Origin: an uncultured Verrucomicrobiae bacterium
GTDB taxonomy: Bacteria > Verrucomicrobiota > Verrucomicrobiia > Chthoniobacterales > JAATET01
Direction of reading: 5' to 3'
Length of the DNA stretch: 64,000 nt
Assembly: GCA_963719495.1 (NCBI GenBank)
Contig: CAVRCI010000006.1
Coordinates: 64,001 to 128,000, forward strand
A program made the translations under genes and the position numbers. Below, piece by piece: positions 18,268-28,481 of the stretch (positions are counted from its first letter, which is position 1; each line of letters begins with the position of its first letter). The notes beneath the pieces are model-generated. The model did not search any database, was not told the DNA's origin, and worked only from the letters and a program-made list of their open reading frames with translations.

Positions 18268-19953
18268 CTAGGGGAGACAATTTTCAAGTCTGGCGAGGAG
18301 TTCGAGGGCTTTTTGGACTTCGTGCTCGTAGAGCGGAGAATCCCCCCCGTGGGCCCCTGGGTTGAGGACTCGCTCGGTAGTTTTGAGCACTTCGTCGATC
18401 AGAGCGACGTTCTCCATGACCTTCCAATTTTCGTCCTTGAGCAGGGAGCGAAGGTGCTTGCGGGAACTCTTGAGTCTGCCGCGGTCGGCTGGGTCGAGGC
18501 CGGGAAGCGCGTCAACGTCATCGTCGCTCGCGGGGATTAGGTGGTCACGCTGCGCTTCGGGCGTGCCGAGGAGGACGCGGGCATAGAGGCGGGCCGGAAG
18601 CTTTTCAAGCAGACGATGCCGGGCAGCGCGTAGGTTTTCGGTCAGAGAGAAAAACTCGCCGGGGGGCAGCTTTTTCTTGTCAGCCCATTCACGGTAGCGC
18701 TTGGCCATGTCGTCGGCGGCTTTACGAAGGCAGACGGCGGCTTCGTCGAGTTTGTGGCCATGCAGATAGTCTTCGGCTTTTTGAAGCTCGGTCTTTTCGC
18801 TCTGCGATGTAATGGATGTTGCGGGGTCCCCCACAAGACGAACGAAGGACCAGTCGGGGTGGCTCGGGCCGATTGTGCGTCGAAACTCTCGGTAGAAGCC
18901 GAGGTCGTGAGTGAGGATGATTTTTTGGTAGTTTGCCAAAGCCCCGTCGGTAAGCAGGATTGCAACGACCTTCATCCGGTTACTCGTGTCGAGGCTGACG
19001 AGGAGGTCGTCTAGGACGAGGAGCTTGAGATCTGACTCGTGCAGGTTAACGAGCGAGGCGGCGAACCGGACGGAAAGCGCGAGTTGTGTGAGCTTTGCTT
19101 CGTTCAAAAAGCTCTGCGGCCGAGTGATGGTCTTTCCTGGAATTTGGATTCCGAATTTGATTTCAGGCTTTGTGAATGTCCGCGAATCGAAGTCGTAAGA
19201 TGGGAGTTTTGTAACTCCAAGTTTGAGCGTTATTTTCGACTTGTCGTCGGAGGAAAAATGCTTGTCGTAGAAACGTTGTGCCTCAGTGCTGATTCCATCC
19301 ACGATACCGGGCAGGATTGCGGCGAAGGCTTGCGTGTCCGCGATAAAACGGTCGTAGGCGTATGTTCCCGCCAACCCTTTGTATGCATCGGGGTTCGGAC
19401 TCTCTGACTTGATGGCCTGCCAACTCTCCAGAGGAACCTTCCCCCCTGTCGAGACACAGAAGGGCAGGATTTCGTCCTCAAATAGCGGCCAGAGGTTCAG
19501 CTCTTTAGAATTACGGAAATGGGAGAAGCCAAAGAAGAAGCGGTATGTGATGAAGTCACTGGCTAGGTCACCTTTAAGAATGGCTGGCTGCTGCTGAGTG
19601 CCATGGACGGTTTGCCCGTTTGCATCTCTTCCAATTCGATAGGTGGTATCGGTCTTGGTCGCCATATCACGCAACGTCACAGCGATCTCGCTTGGTCGAG
19701 GGTTTGGGTCTGTTTGTTCGTGAGTGTTGAGCAGATTTTGCAAAACTGCGGGATCGAAATATTTTGCGATTCCTGTATCACCTAATGTCGGTTTACGGGC
19801 GCTTTGCAGGAACGTGTATAGAGACCAGTAGAGGGACGACTTGCCGGCTCCGTTGTCGCCGTAAACAAGGAGGTGGCGGCCTTCTAGGTTGAGCATGAAC
19901 TCGCGGAAGGCTTTAAAGTTGGTAATCTCAATTTTGTGCAAGCGGGATTTCAT
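18268..19953 (-). CDS. ABC-type ATPase with probable C-terminal HEPN domain (PrrC/RloC-like architecture)
   Basis: Walker A GDNGAGKSS, FLNEAK signature, Walker B LVLDDLLVSLD, ILTHD; C-terminal CLRK...RVLNPGAH. Confidence 0.75.
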   Translation of the reverse strand: MKSRLHKIEITNFKAFREFMLNLEGRHLLVYGDNGAGKSSLYWSLYTFLQSARKPTLGDTGIAKYFDPAVLQNLLNTHEQTDPNPRPSEIAVTLRDMATKTDTTYRIGRDANGQTVHGTQQQPAILKGDLASDFITYRFFFGFSHFRNSKELNLWPLFEDEILPFCVSTGGKVPLESWQAIKSESPNPDAYKGLAGTYAYDRFIADTQAFAAILPGIVDGISTEAQRFYDKHFSSDDKSKITLKLGVTKLPSYDFDSRTFTKPEIKFGIQIPGKTITRPQSFLNEAKLTQLALSVRFAASLVNLHESDLKLLVLDDLLVSLDTSNRMKVVAILLTDGALANYQKIILTHDLGFYREFRRTIGPSHPDWSFVRLVGDPATSITSQSEKTELQKAEDYLHGHKLDEAAVCLRKAADDMAKRYREWADKKKLPPGEFFSLTENLRAARHRLLEKLPARLYARVLLGTPEAQRDHLIPASDDDVDALPGLDPADRGRLKSSRKHLRSLLKDENWKVMENVALIDEVLKTTERVLNPGAHGGDSPLYEHEVQKALELLARLENCLP

Positions 19954-22900
19954 ACGCGCCCCTCTTGTTTGATGACGGCGAGAAGATCGGGGCTGTCGGC
20001 AGTGAGGCGGAGAAGACGGTTGCGGATGGGGTGGCTGGGAGCGTTGAGGGTGGTGTGCAACCCGGTAAGTAATTCCCTCAGCGTCCTCTCGTTGGCGGCG
20101 GGGTCATAGTCCGCGAGGTGCGGGGACACGGTGTCGTGGAAGAGCAGGTCTCGTTCGGCCATGTGCTCGCGGAAGTAGCTCTCCATCACGCAGGCGTCGA
20201 TGAGGTCTTCGAGGAATGCTGCGGGGGCGGTTTCTCCCTGCGCTTTGGCGAACTGGATGAGGGGGACTAAGCACTCAAATAGGCTCACCTCGGCGGCGGC
20301 GGGTCTCTTGATGGAGATTTTGTCGAAAAAGACAGCGAACAAGCGGTATGCGTTCCCCGAATACTCAGGGAAATTGTCGCGGAAACAGCAGCGAAAAAGG
20401 TGCGAGTTTAGAACTGCTGTGAGGTAATACAACGACTCGACTTGGCTGGTCATCATCCAACAAGTGTTGTTGAAGAAAAAGCCGTCGCTTTGGTCCAAGT
20501 AAAACGGCATCTGCTGGGCGATGTCCTGGTATATAATCTTCGGCCCGCGGAACAGATTGAGATAGTCCTCTGTAGGGTTGTTGTCCAATTCGAGCCAATG
20601 GTGTTGTCCAGGAAACGGTTTGTTCGGGTCTTTTCGTTTCCGCTCTCGCCCGTAGCTGCATTGACCGCGAGCCTGAAGCTGCGGCTTGTGCTGGATCAAG
20701 TGTTGATATACGGCAGGATACTTCTGCTCAAGATACTCGTATGCGCCGAACTTTACGATCAGTTGATAGGCATCGGCCCAATTTGTCTTGTAGCGCTCGA
20801 TGTCACGACCTCGAAGCAACCTTACAATCATTTCAGCGCTAGCAGGGTCTCTGGCGATCAACTCATCACGCTGGCTCTGATTCAAATAAAACGCTTCATT
20901 GTAGCCCGTAATGATTCCTCGCGAAATCTGAAGCGACCACTTCTCAAGTGGAATGCCTTGCTTGATGACTTTTACCCGAATGGCCTGACGCTCAGGTGAC
21001 ACTACCACCCAAGGCTCTGAATTAAGGTTTTGAAGCACTACGGCGTGGCTTGCAAAGTATCCAGCAGGGTCTGCCATCGCGGCCTGATCATCTGAAACAT
21101 AGCAGGCCAATGTGGAAGATTTGGAATCTTCGTTGGCGATCTTTAGGACGCAGGTGTAGGTGGTTGCGGCACCAAAGTTCTGGGCCATGCCAAAATCCAA
21201 AACGGATTCGGTGTTCAGGGATGCAAGAAGGCCTCGCAGTGATTCGCCGTAATTGGACCGCATCCATTTATTTGATGTGATAAAACAGAGACGGCCACCT
21301 CGACAAAGAAGCTGGCAACCTTGCTCATAGAAAAAGCAATAGACATCACCTCGTGCGGCGTAGGTCGCAAAGTTCACCTTCCACTTTTCTTGGATTGGCG
21401 TTCCCGCGAATCGTTCGACCGAGATGTAGGGCGGATTGCCTATGACTATGTCGAAGCCGTCCTTCAAGGAGCGACCGAACATCCAATGCGGATCGAAGAA
21501 GTCGGCGGTCGATTGGGGATCGAAGGGATCCCAATCGGCGAGGTGGGCGGCTTTCGCGGAGTTCACGGCTCCAAGACTGCCCGCGAGCGTCTCGGCGAGC
21601 TTAATGCGCAGGCCTTTGATCTTCTTCTGCAACGCCAGCTTCTGGTCGCGCCGCTGTATGGTGAAGTGGCTGTGGTAGGCGTCTTCGATTTCCTTTTCGA
21701 TGGGGGCGATGAGGGACTCGATGAAGAGGTCTTTGTCCGAGATCGGCAGGCCGATGAGGGTGTCGGCGGCGACAAACTTCGTTTCCAGATTGGGCAGCGG
21801 ACGGATTCCGTGATTGTCCTTTTTGTTGCGGTTGGTCTTCTGGTCGCAGACGAGGGAGATGAAGAAGCGGAGTTTGGTGATCTGGATGGCGATGGGCTGG
21901 ATGTCCACGCCGTAGAGGCAGTTCTCGATGAGGTAGAGCTTGCGGCCGTAGTCGTCGTTGTTTTCGGCGAAGGCGCGTTCGAGTTCCTCGCGCATGGGGG
22001 CGGAGTCAAGCTTGGCGAGCTGGGTCTGCTTCCAGCGGTCGTTGTCGGGGTCGAGTTTGCCGAGGATATAGACGAGCTTGTGGAGGACGCCCATAGGGAA
22101 AGCGCCGGAGCCGCAGGCGGGATCGAGGATTTTCAGGGCGTCGATGGCGTCGATTAGAGCGGCGACTTCGACGGGCGTGAAGGCGTGGTCTCTCTCGGTG
22201 TAGGCGAAGAGGAGGTCGAGGCCGGCGCGGGCGTCGGATTCCACCATGCGGACCCTTTCTACGAGGGCACGGGTGAGGTGGGCTTTGAGGGACTCGTCCA
22301 CCATGTAGTCCACGATGGGGCGTGGGGTGTAGAAGGAGCCGGTCTGCTTGCGGGCGGTGGTTTTGGTTTCTTCGTTGTAAGAGGCGAGGAGGTTCTCGAA
22401 AACTTTGCCGAGGAGTTCGGGGTCGAGGGCTATTTCCTGATCGATGGGGGTGTTCTCGACGATGGTGAACTTGTAGCGGTTCAGGATGGTGATGAGGCCG
22501 GTGACGCGCTCGGCCTTGCGCTTCTTGTCGCCGTAGGCTGTGGAGAGGTCGGCAATTTCCCCACTGTCGAAGAACAGGCGGTCGGGGATGTGGGGGCGCT
22601 TCTTGGGATTGCGGGAGAAGCCATCGAGGTAAAGTTTCTTGTTTGTGCCTTCCTCGGTGCGGTCGAGGCACTCGAAGAGTCCACCATTGAGGAAAGGAAT
22701 GTCGGCGAAATGCGTGAGGGCGACGTCGGGGCCGTCGGCGAAGAGGCTTTCGTAGCGGTAGAGATTATTGACGTCGTAGGTGGCGCGGTTTTTCTGGAAG
22801 CCCTCGTCGGTTGCGAAGATGCGGTAGGGTTTGCCGTTGCTGTCCTTGCCCATGCGCTGGTTGAGCGTGGCAAAGAAGAGATTTTGCAGGATGGCCTGGT

Positions 22901-23792
22901 AGTAGGTGGAGCTGGTCTCGCTTTCGGGATCGAAGCCCTTGAGAACTTTGGCGAGATCGGTGGGGTGGAAGAGTTGCTCGGGGATGAGGCCCTTTTCCTT
23001 GAGGAACCAGCAGAAGATGAGTCGGGTGAGCAGGCGGATGAGTCCGGTGGCGCGGCGTTTCTCGTCGTCGGGTTCGAGGTCGGCGGGGAACTCGACCTGC
23101 GGGAGCGCCCAGAAATACCAGTTGGCGAGTTCCTTGTAGAAGCGCTCGTTGAGCAGGTCGACGTTGAAGATTTGCTCCCACGCGGCATGAAGGGTGTCGA
23201 AGTCGGTGATGGGCAGCTTCTTCGGATGTTTGAGTTCAGACAGCGCGAGCGAGGCGAGGATGTCTTGGTGGCCACGGTGGGGATTCGCGATGGAGATGTC
23301 GCGGATGAGGGTGGCTTTTTCGAGGACGTCCTTGCTGTCGTCGATCTTGTTCCGTCGACGGTTGATGACGGCGATGGTGAGCCGGTCGCCGTGTTTGAAG
23401 ATCACCATGACGGGCATGGGGAAGAGGCGGTTGATCTGGCGGGTGATCGCGGAGAACTTGCCGCGAGCGTAATCGGTGCCCTTCAGCTCGATGGCGATGA
23501 AGATGTAGGACTTGAGCAGGGCGCGCTGGACGGAGTCGTCGGTGAAGAGGCTGGATTCGCGGCCGAGTTCCCGATCGGTGAGCTGAAAGAGGAGGTCGGC
23601 GGATTTCCACTCTGGCACGAGGGCCTTGACTTGGTCGAACGGGTGGCCGGCGGCGAAGTCAGCGAGGAAGTCCTGCGGCTTGGAACCTGCGCCGACGAGG
23701 AATTTGTCGCTCTTGTAGCCGAGCTTCGCGAGCAGCTGGCGGGCCGCGTCTTTGAGCGGTAGGGACTGGAAATTGGCGAGAGTGGCTTTCAT
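19950..23792 (-). CDS. Type IIG-like restriction-modification enzyme / N6-adenine methyltransferase (Eco57I, TaqI-C type TRD)
   Basis: FLNGGLF, GSFYTPR, ILDPACGSGAF, IVIGNPPY, FITSNKW. Confidence 0.92.
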   Translation of the reverse strand: MKATLANFQSLPLKDAARQLLAKLGYKSDKFLVGAGSKPQDFLADFAAGHPFDQVKALVPEWKSADLLFQLTDRELGRESSLFTDDSVQRALLKSYIFIAIELKGTDYARGKFSAITRQINRLFPMPVMVIFKHGDRLTIAVINRRRNKIDDSKDVLEKATLIRDISIANPHRGHQDILASLALSELKHPKKLPITDFDTLHAAWEQIFNVDLLNERFYKELANWYFWALPQVEFPADLEPDDEKRRATGLIRLLTRLIFCWFLKEKGLIPEQLFHPTDLAKVLKGFDPESETSSTYYQAILQNLFFATLNQRMGKDSNGKPYRIFATDEGFQKNRATYDVNNLYRYESLFADGPDVALTHFADIPFLNGGLFECLDRTEEGTNKKLYLDGFSRNPKKRPHIPDRLFFDSGEIADLSTAYGDKKRKAERVTGLITILNRYKFTIVENTPIDQEIALDPELLGKVFENLLASYNEETKTTARKQTGSFYTPRPIVDYMVDESLKAHLTRALVERVRMVESDARAGLDLLFAYTERDHAFTPVEVAALIDAIDALKILDPACGSGAFPMGVLHKLVYILGKLDPDNDRWKQTQLAKLDSAPMREELERAFAENNDDYGRKLYLIENCLYGVDIQPIAIQITKLRFFISLVCDQKTNRNKKDNHGIRPLPNLETKFVAADTLIGLPISDKDLFIESLIAPIEKEIEDAYHSHFTIQRRDQKLALQKKIKGLRIKLAETLAGSLGAVNSAKAAHLADWDPFDPQSTADFFDPHWMFGRSLKDGFDIVIGNPPYISVERFAGTPIQEKWKVNFATYAARGDVYCFFYEQGCQLLCRGGRLCFITSNKWMRSNYGESLRGLLASLNTESVLDFGMAQNFGAATTYTCVLKIANEDSKSSTLACYVSDDQAAMADPAGYFASHAVVLQNLNSEPWVVVSPERQAIRVKVIKQGIPLEKWSLQISRGIITGYNEAFYLNQSQRDELIARDPASAEMIVRLLRGRDIERYKTNWADAYQLIVKFGAYEYLEQKYPAVYQHLIQHKPQLQARGQCSYGRERKRKDPNKPFPGQHHWLELDNNPTEDYLNLFRGPKIIYQDIAQQMPFYLDQSDGFFFNNTCWMMTSQVESLYYLTAVLNSHLFRCCFRDNFPEYSGNAYRLFAVFFDKISIKRPAAAEVSLFECLVPLIQFAKAQGETAPAAFLEDLIDACVMESYFREHMAERDLLFHDTVSPHLADYDPAANERTLRELLTGLHTTLNAPSHPIRNRLLRLTADSPDLLAVIKQEGRV

Positions 23793-24832
23793 CGGGGTTC
23801 GTCGCTGAACTTTTCTTCGGCGCGTTGGAGGGTGAATTGGAGTTCGCGGCGAAGTTCTTCGCGGTCGGGCAGGTAGAGTTGGTATTTCTGCACGAAGAGC
23901 TGGCTGTTCATCTGGTAGGTGGCGTATTCCACGAGCAACTCATCCTTGTGTCGGGAGAGAATGATGCCGATGGGCGGGTTGTCGCCTTCGAGATTCTCCT
24001 CGGTGGCGAAGTAGCCGAGATACATGTTCATCTGGCCGATGTCGTGATGCTCCACCTTGTCCATTTTCAGGTCGAGGAGGACGAAACAGCGCAAAATGCG
24101 ATGGTAGAAAACGAGATCGACGCGGAAGTGGGTGTTGTCGAGGGTGATGCGGTATTGTCGGCCCACGAAGGTGAAGCCTTTGCCAAGCTCCAGTAGGAAC
24201 GGCTGGAGGTGGTCGCAAAGCAGACTCTCCAGTTCGGTCTCCGTAAGGTGAGCGGGTTCCGGGATTTTGAGAAACTCGAAAACGTAGGGATCGCGGAGCA
24301 GTTCCGCTGGTTGCGTCGCACTCTGCCCCTCTCGCGACAGCGCCAAAATCTCTTCCCGATCCTTTCCCGCGGCAAGCCGGAGGAAAAGCGAGGTCCGTTT
24401 CTGCCGCAGCAACTCTTTCACGCTCCATTTCTCCGCGATGGCCTGTTTCTCGTAAAAACCGCGTTCCAATCCGTCATTGATCGAGAGCAACTCGACGTAG
24501 TGCGACCAACTCAATTGTCCAGACAGCGTCTGGACTTTTGGAAAAGCCAGATAAAAGGCCTTCATCGTCATCACGTTGCTGCGGCTGAATCCCTTGCCGT
24601 GCCGGAGGGTGAGATCCCTTGCCAACGTCGCCACCAACCGCTTGCCGTATTCCGCACGAATGCTGCCGCCCTGCTCGAACTCCACAATGTCGCGCCCGAT
24701 CTCCCAATACGTCTGCGTGAGCTGGACATTGACGGCCTGGATCGCCCGCGTCTGGCCGGAGGTGTAAACCTCGGAAATCTTTCCCAGCAGGCGCTGATAG
24801 CCGGTATCGGTATCGGTGGCGAGGTCGCTCAT
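23789..24832 (-). CDS. YhcG/DUF1016 PDDEXK nuclease domain protein
   Basis: YWEIGRDIV, LSWSHY, RDPYVFEFL, LLELGKGFTFVGRQY, DLVFYH, GQMNMY. Confidence 0.95.
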   Translation of the reverse strand: MSDLATDTDTGYQRLLGKISEVYTSGQTRAIQAVNVQLTQTYWEIGRDIVEFEQGGSIRAEYGKRLVATLARDLTLRHGKGFSRSNVMTMKAFYLAFPKVQTLSGQLSWSHYVELLSINDGLERGFYEKQAIAEKWSVKELLRQKRTSLFLRLAAGKDREEILALSREGQSATQPAELLRDPYVFEFLKIPEPAHLTETELESLLCDHLQPFLLELGKGFTFVGRQYRITLDNTHFRVDLVFYHRILRCFVLLDLKMDKVEHHDIGQMNMYLGYFATEENLEGDNPPIGIILSRHKDELLVEYATYQMNSQLFVQKYQLYLPDREELRRELQFTLQRAEEKFSDEPR

Positions 24833-27800
24833 GTCTTGTCGTCCTTGATGACCAGCCAGGTGACGAGTTCGAGGTCGGTCTTTTCGTGGACCTGATCTTT
24901 CGCGTCGGGCAGGACAAAGCCTCGTCCGGATTGCAGACCGGAGGCGGCCCGCTTGCGGAAGGTGGCGGCGAGGGAGTCAACGGCTTTTTTCAGCAGCGCA
25001 TCGTAGGCTTTCATCTCACTTCCATGGTTGGTCTCCTGGTCGAAGACATTGCAGAGCTGGGTGTCGGCTTCCGCTTTCCCGGAGCAAAGGAGGCGGTAGA
25101 TGTCGAGAATCTGCTTCGGGTGGGCGAAGCCGAAGCGGACGTTGCCGTCGTCGAGGACGTAAACGAGGAAGTAGGGATGGAGCGGGTTGATCGACTCGCT
25201 GGGTGTGGGTTTGGTGGCGAGTTCTCCGTCGCGGTGGCCCTCCAACCGGAAGCAGAAGATAACGCCGGGGCCGATGACCTTGTAGTCGGGATGCGGCGGG
25301 ACGCAGGTGTAGAGGCCGAACGGGGCGGCTTCGAGGGCCTCCTTGTTCGCCTCGATGTATTTGAGGAGTTCGAGGCGAAAGTCGTCGAGGGTGAACTCGG
25401 TGAGCGAAACGCTGTCGCCGAGGTCTTCGAGATCGAGAATCTCGTCTTTGAGCCGAAGGAGCTGTTTGTCGCGGTAACGGAGGTCGTCGGAGATGATGTC
25501 CTCGATTTCCTCATTCTTGAGCACGTTATCTTCGAAGGTGGCGGAGAGGTCCACGAGGGCCATGCGGGCCTCGACGCGGTTCTTGAGGTTGATGTATTTG
25601 TTGAGGTCCTCGGTGGGCCAGAAGTTCACGAGGTGGACAACCGAATTGACGCTGCCGATCCGGTCGATCCGACCAAAGCGCTGGATGATGCGGACGGGAT
25701 TCCAGTGGATGTCGTAGTTGATCAGGTAATCGCAGTCCTGGAGGTTCTGGCCTTCGCTAATGCAGTCCGTGGCGATGAGCAGGTCGATCTCACCCTGTTG
25801 CGGCATGGACGGAATTTTGGCGCGGTTTTTGGCTCGCGGAGAAAAATTGGTGAGAATTTGATCGTATGCGCCCTGGCCGAAGGTAGTGCGGGTATCACCG
25901 CCGCCGCAAACGAGGGCCAGATGAATGCCGAGTTCCCCGTGGGCCCATTCGAGGAGTGACTCGTAGAGGTAGGTGGCGGTATCGGCGAAGGCGGTGAAGA
26001 CGAGAACCTTTCGGTTCGGCTCGCCGAGCTTGTTCGTCGTGGGATCTTTGACCTTGGCCGCGATGAGCTTCTTGAGGTCCGCGAGCTTGGCGTCGGTCTC
26101 GGGAGTCACGTCCTGCGCGGCGTTGTAGAGGATACGAAGTTGGTCCTTGTCGCGCTTGAGGGCTTTAAGCCAGCCGTCCTCGCCGTCTAGGCGGAGGTGG
26201 TCCAATCGAAACTTCAGATTGCCGCCCACCTGCATGGCGTCTTCGAGGTCTTCGTCGTGACCAGGGTCGTCGAGTTCCAACTCGAGGTCCTCGGATTCGG
26301 GGCTCTGCTTCGGCAATTCCTGGAAGTTTCTGATCTTCCGTTCGAGGCTCTCGATCTTGGCGATGGTGCGCTCCATCGTGATCTCGAAGGATTTCACGGA
26401 GCTTTCGAGGCGCTTGAGGAAGTTCACCTTCATCATGCCGATGAGGAAGGTTTCGCGCCCCGCCTGGGTGAATGGGAAAGCCCCCGTTTTTTCGTAGTCG
26501 GCTTTGTGCTCGGGCAACACGAAACGCGAGGGATTGAAGAGCGCGAGTTTGTAGCCGGCGATTTCGTCGTTGAGTTTGTCGTAGGAGAGGAAGCGTCCGC
26601 GGAGGTCGATCTCGGGGTAGATGGAGACGGGCTTCTCGCGCTTCGGGAAGCCGCCGAGCTGGGCGATGGTGGCCTTGTAGTATTTCTGAATGTGCTTGCG
26701 CGAGCGGGCGATGGTGACTTCGTCGAGGAGCTTGAAGAAGGCGGCGTTGAGCTTCTCCAGCAGTTCGCCGGTCCTCCGCTCGTGGGTTTGCTTTTTCGCC
26801 CAGACGGAGAAGACCTTTTGCGCGGTGGCGAGGGTTTCTTTGAGGCTGCCGACGCCGATGGATTCCGCGAAGGCGTCGTCGCGGTTCTCGGTGAGGAAGT
26901 AGAGCTGGTTGCGGAGGTCCTTGAGGTCGTTGTTGACCGGGGTGGCGGAGAGGAGGAGGACCTTGGTGCGGACGCCGGATGTGATGATGTCGTCCATGAG
27001 GCGCTGGTAGCGACTTCTGCGGATGATGTTTCCTTCCTCGTCCTTCTTGCCGGGCGTGTTGTTCCGGAAGTTGTGCGACTCGTCGATGACGATGAGGTCG
27101 TAGTTGCCCCAGTTCAACGTCGCGAGGTTGATGTCGCCCGAGTAGCCGGTCTCGCGGCTGAGGTCGGTGTGCGAAACGACATCGTAGCGGAAGCGGTCGG
27201 CGACGAAGGGATTGAGGAGGCTGTTGGCTTTGTAAACCGTCCAGTTGTCGCGGAGCTTTTTCGGGCAGAGAACGAGGACGCGCTCGTTCTTCAGCTCGAA
27301 GTATTTCATGACGGCGAGCGCCTCGTAGGTTTTTCCGAGGCCGACGCTGTCCGCGATAATGCAACCGTTGTGGCGGAGAATTTTGTTGATGGCACCCTTG
27401 GCCCCGTCCTTCTGGAACTCGAACAGCGCTTTCCAGACACCACTCTCGAAGAGGCTGGTCTTGCCGAGATCCGCGTCGGTCTTGCCCGCGTCGCCGAGGA
27501 ACTTCTCGAAGACGTGAAAGAGCGTTTTGTAGTAAATGAACTCCGGCGGGTTGTTCTCGTAGAGTTGCTTGAGGTAGTTCAGGACGTCCTCTTTGACGTC
27601 CATCACAAGGGTTTCGTTGCCCCACAGTTCCTCGAACCATTGCTTGAGTTCCTGACGGTCTCGGTTGCCGTCGACGATGAGGTTCAGCTCGATATTGTTG
27701 CCTGCGTTGCCAAGGCCGAGGCCGCGAACGGTAAAGTTCGAGCTTCCGAGAATGGCGTCCTCCACGCCGCCGGTGGCGACGTGATACATCTTCCCGTGAA

Positions 27801-28167
27801 GGAGATTGGATTGCTTGATGGTCTTGATGTCCACCTTGCGTTTGATCCAGTCGGCGCACTCCCTGGCAACGCGTTTTTGCTGGAGCCGGTTCGAAAGTTC
27901 CAAACCGTCGGCGTCGATGATGAAGGCCTTCTTCTCGGTCTTGTTCGGGTCGAGGCGGTTGACGAAGGACGGCTCACCGAAGAGGAAGTCGAGGTGTCCG
28001 ATGCGCTCGAGTTCTTCTTTGAGGGCGTCGTAGGCGCAGATCGTGAAGTAGGCGGAGACAATGGAGAGTTTCGAGCCGGTCTGCGCTTTCGTCCGCAGGA
28101 AGTCGGCGACGGTTCCGCGAGTGTGGTTGTCGCGAAGGCCCGAGTCGTTTGTTGATGAAGGTGTCAT
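24829..28167 (-). CDS. SNF2-family helicase with N-terminal phospholipase D (PLD) nuclease domain
   Basis: HGKMY...GSSNFT (PLD); ADSVGLGKT, DESHNFRN, SATP, SEGQNLQ, QRFGRIDR. Confidence 0.92.
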   Translation of the reverse strand: MTPSSTNDSGLRDNHTRGTVADFLRTKAQTGSKLSIVSAYFTICAYDALKEELERIGHLDFLFGEPSFVNRLDPNKTEKKAFIIDADGLELSNRLQQKRVARECADWIKRKVDIKTIKQSNLLHGKMYHVATGGVEDAILGSSNFTVRGLGLGNAGNNIELNLIVDGNRDRQELKQWFEELWGNETLVMDVKEDVLNYLKQLYENNPPEFIYYKTLFHVFEKFLGDAGKTDADLGKTSLFESGVWKALFEFQKDGAKGAINKILRHNGCIIADSVGLGKTYEALAVMKYFELKNERVLVLCPKKLRDNWTVYKANSLLNPFVADRFRYDVVSHTDLSRETGYSGDINLATLNWGNYDLIVIDESHNFRNNTPGKKDEEGNIIRRSRYQRLMDDIITSGVRTKVLLLSATPVNNDLKDLRNQLYFLTENRDDAFAESIGVGSLKETLATAQKVFSVWAKKQTHERRTGELLEKLNAAFFKLLDEVTIARSRKHIQKYYKATIAQLGGFPKREKPVSIYPEIDLRGRFLSYDKLNDEIAGYKLALFNPSRFVLPEHKADYEKTGAFPFTQAGRETFLIGMMKVNFLKRLESSVKSFEITMERTIAKIESLERKIRNFQELPKQSPESEDLELELDDPGHDEDLEDAMQVGGNLKFRLDHLRLDGEDGWLKALKRDKDQLRILYNAAQDVTPETDAKLADLKKLIAAKVKDPTTNKLGEPNRKVLVFTAFADTATYLYESLLEWAHGELGIHLALVCGGGDTRTTFGQGAYDQILTNFSPRAKNRAKIPSMPQQGEIDLLIATDCISEGQNLQDCDYLINYDIHWNPVRIIQRFGRIDRIGSVNSVVHLVNFWPTEDLNKYINLKNRVEARMALVDLSATFEDNVLKNEEIEDIISDDLRYRDKQLLRLKDEILDLEDLGDSVSLTEFTLDDFRLELLKYIEANKEALEAAPFGLYTCVPPHPDYKVIGPGVIFCFRLEGHRDGELATKPTPSESINPLHPYFLVYVLDDGNVRFGFAHPKQILDIYRLLCSGKAEADTQLCNVFDQETNHGSEMKAYDALLKKAVDSLAATFRKRAASGLQSGRGFVLPDAKDQVHEKTDLELVTWLVIKDDKT

Positions 28168-28389
28168 TGAGCCGTGAAAGTGATCATGCGGACAATCCGC
28201 CCGTCGGGAACGGAGAAACGATCTTCAGGTTTGGCGCTAATTCCTGTCGCGGGAGATATTTTTGGCCGCGAAGAGGGGTGGGTAGTTCCAGAAAATAGAG
28301 AGCGTCCGGGAGCCAGCACAAATGCCAGACGCTGTCAAATTAAGAGTCATCTGGCGAGGAAATCCCGATGAGAGGGAGACGTGGGACAT

Positions 28390-28422
28390 AAAAAAATCCC
28401 GGGGAGCTGGGCTCCCCGGGAT
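28390..28422 (-). terminator. Rho-independent terminator for minus-strand transcription
   Basis: Perfect 12-bp stem ATCCCGGGGAGC/GCTCCCCGGGAT followed by a T-run on the minus strand. Confidence 0.75.
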
Positions 28423-28481
28423 CGTTCCGCGTTATTGATGGCTGTCGTGATGTCGAGCATGATGGTGACTCGTTCGTCACC

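Noticed and set aside
26197..28155. Long antisense ORFs (also 7388-8962, 22185-23762, 31983-33413, 36882-38471, 58348-59820)
   Set aside because: Shadow frames of high-GC3 genes on the other strand, with no recognisable motifs.
19950..28167. Complete DISARM or BREX system
   Set aside because: No drmA/drmB/drmC or brxC/pglZ/brxL genes are seen.
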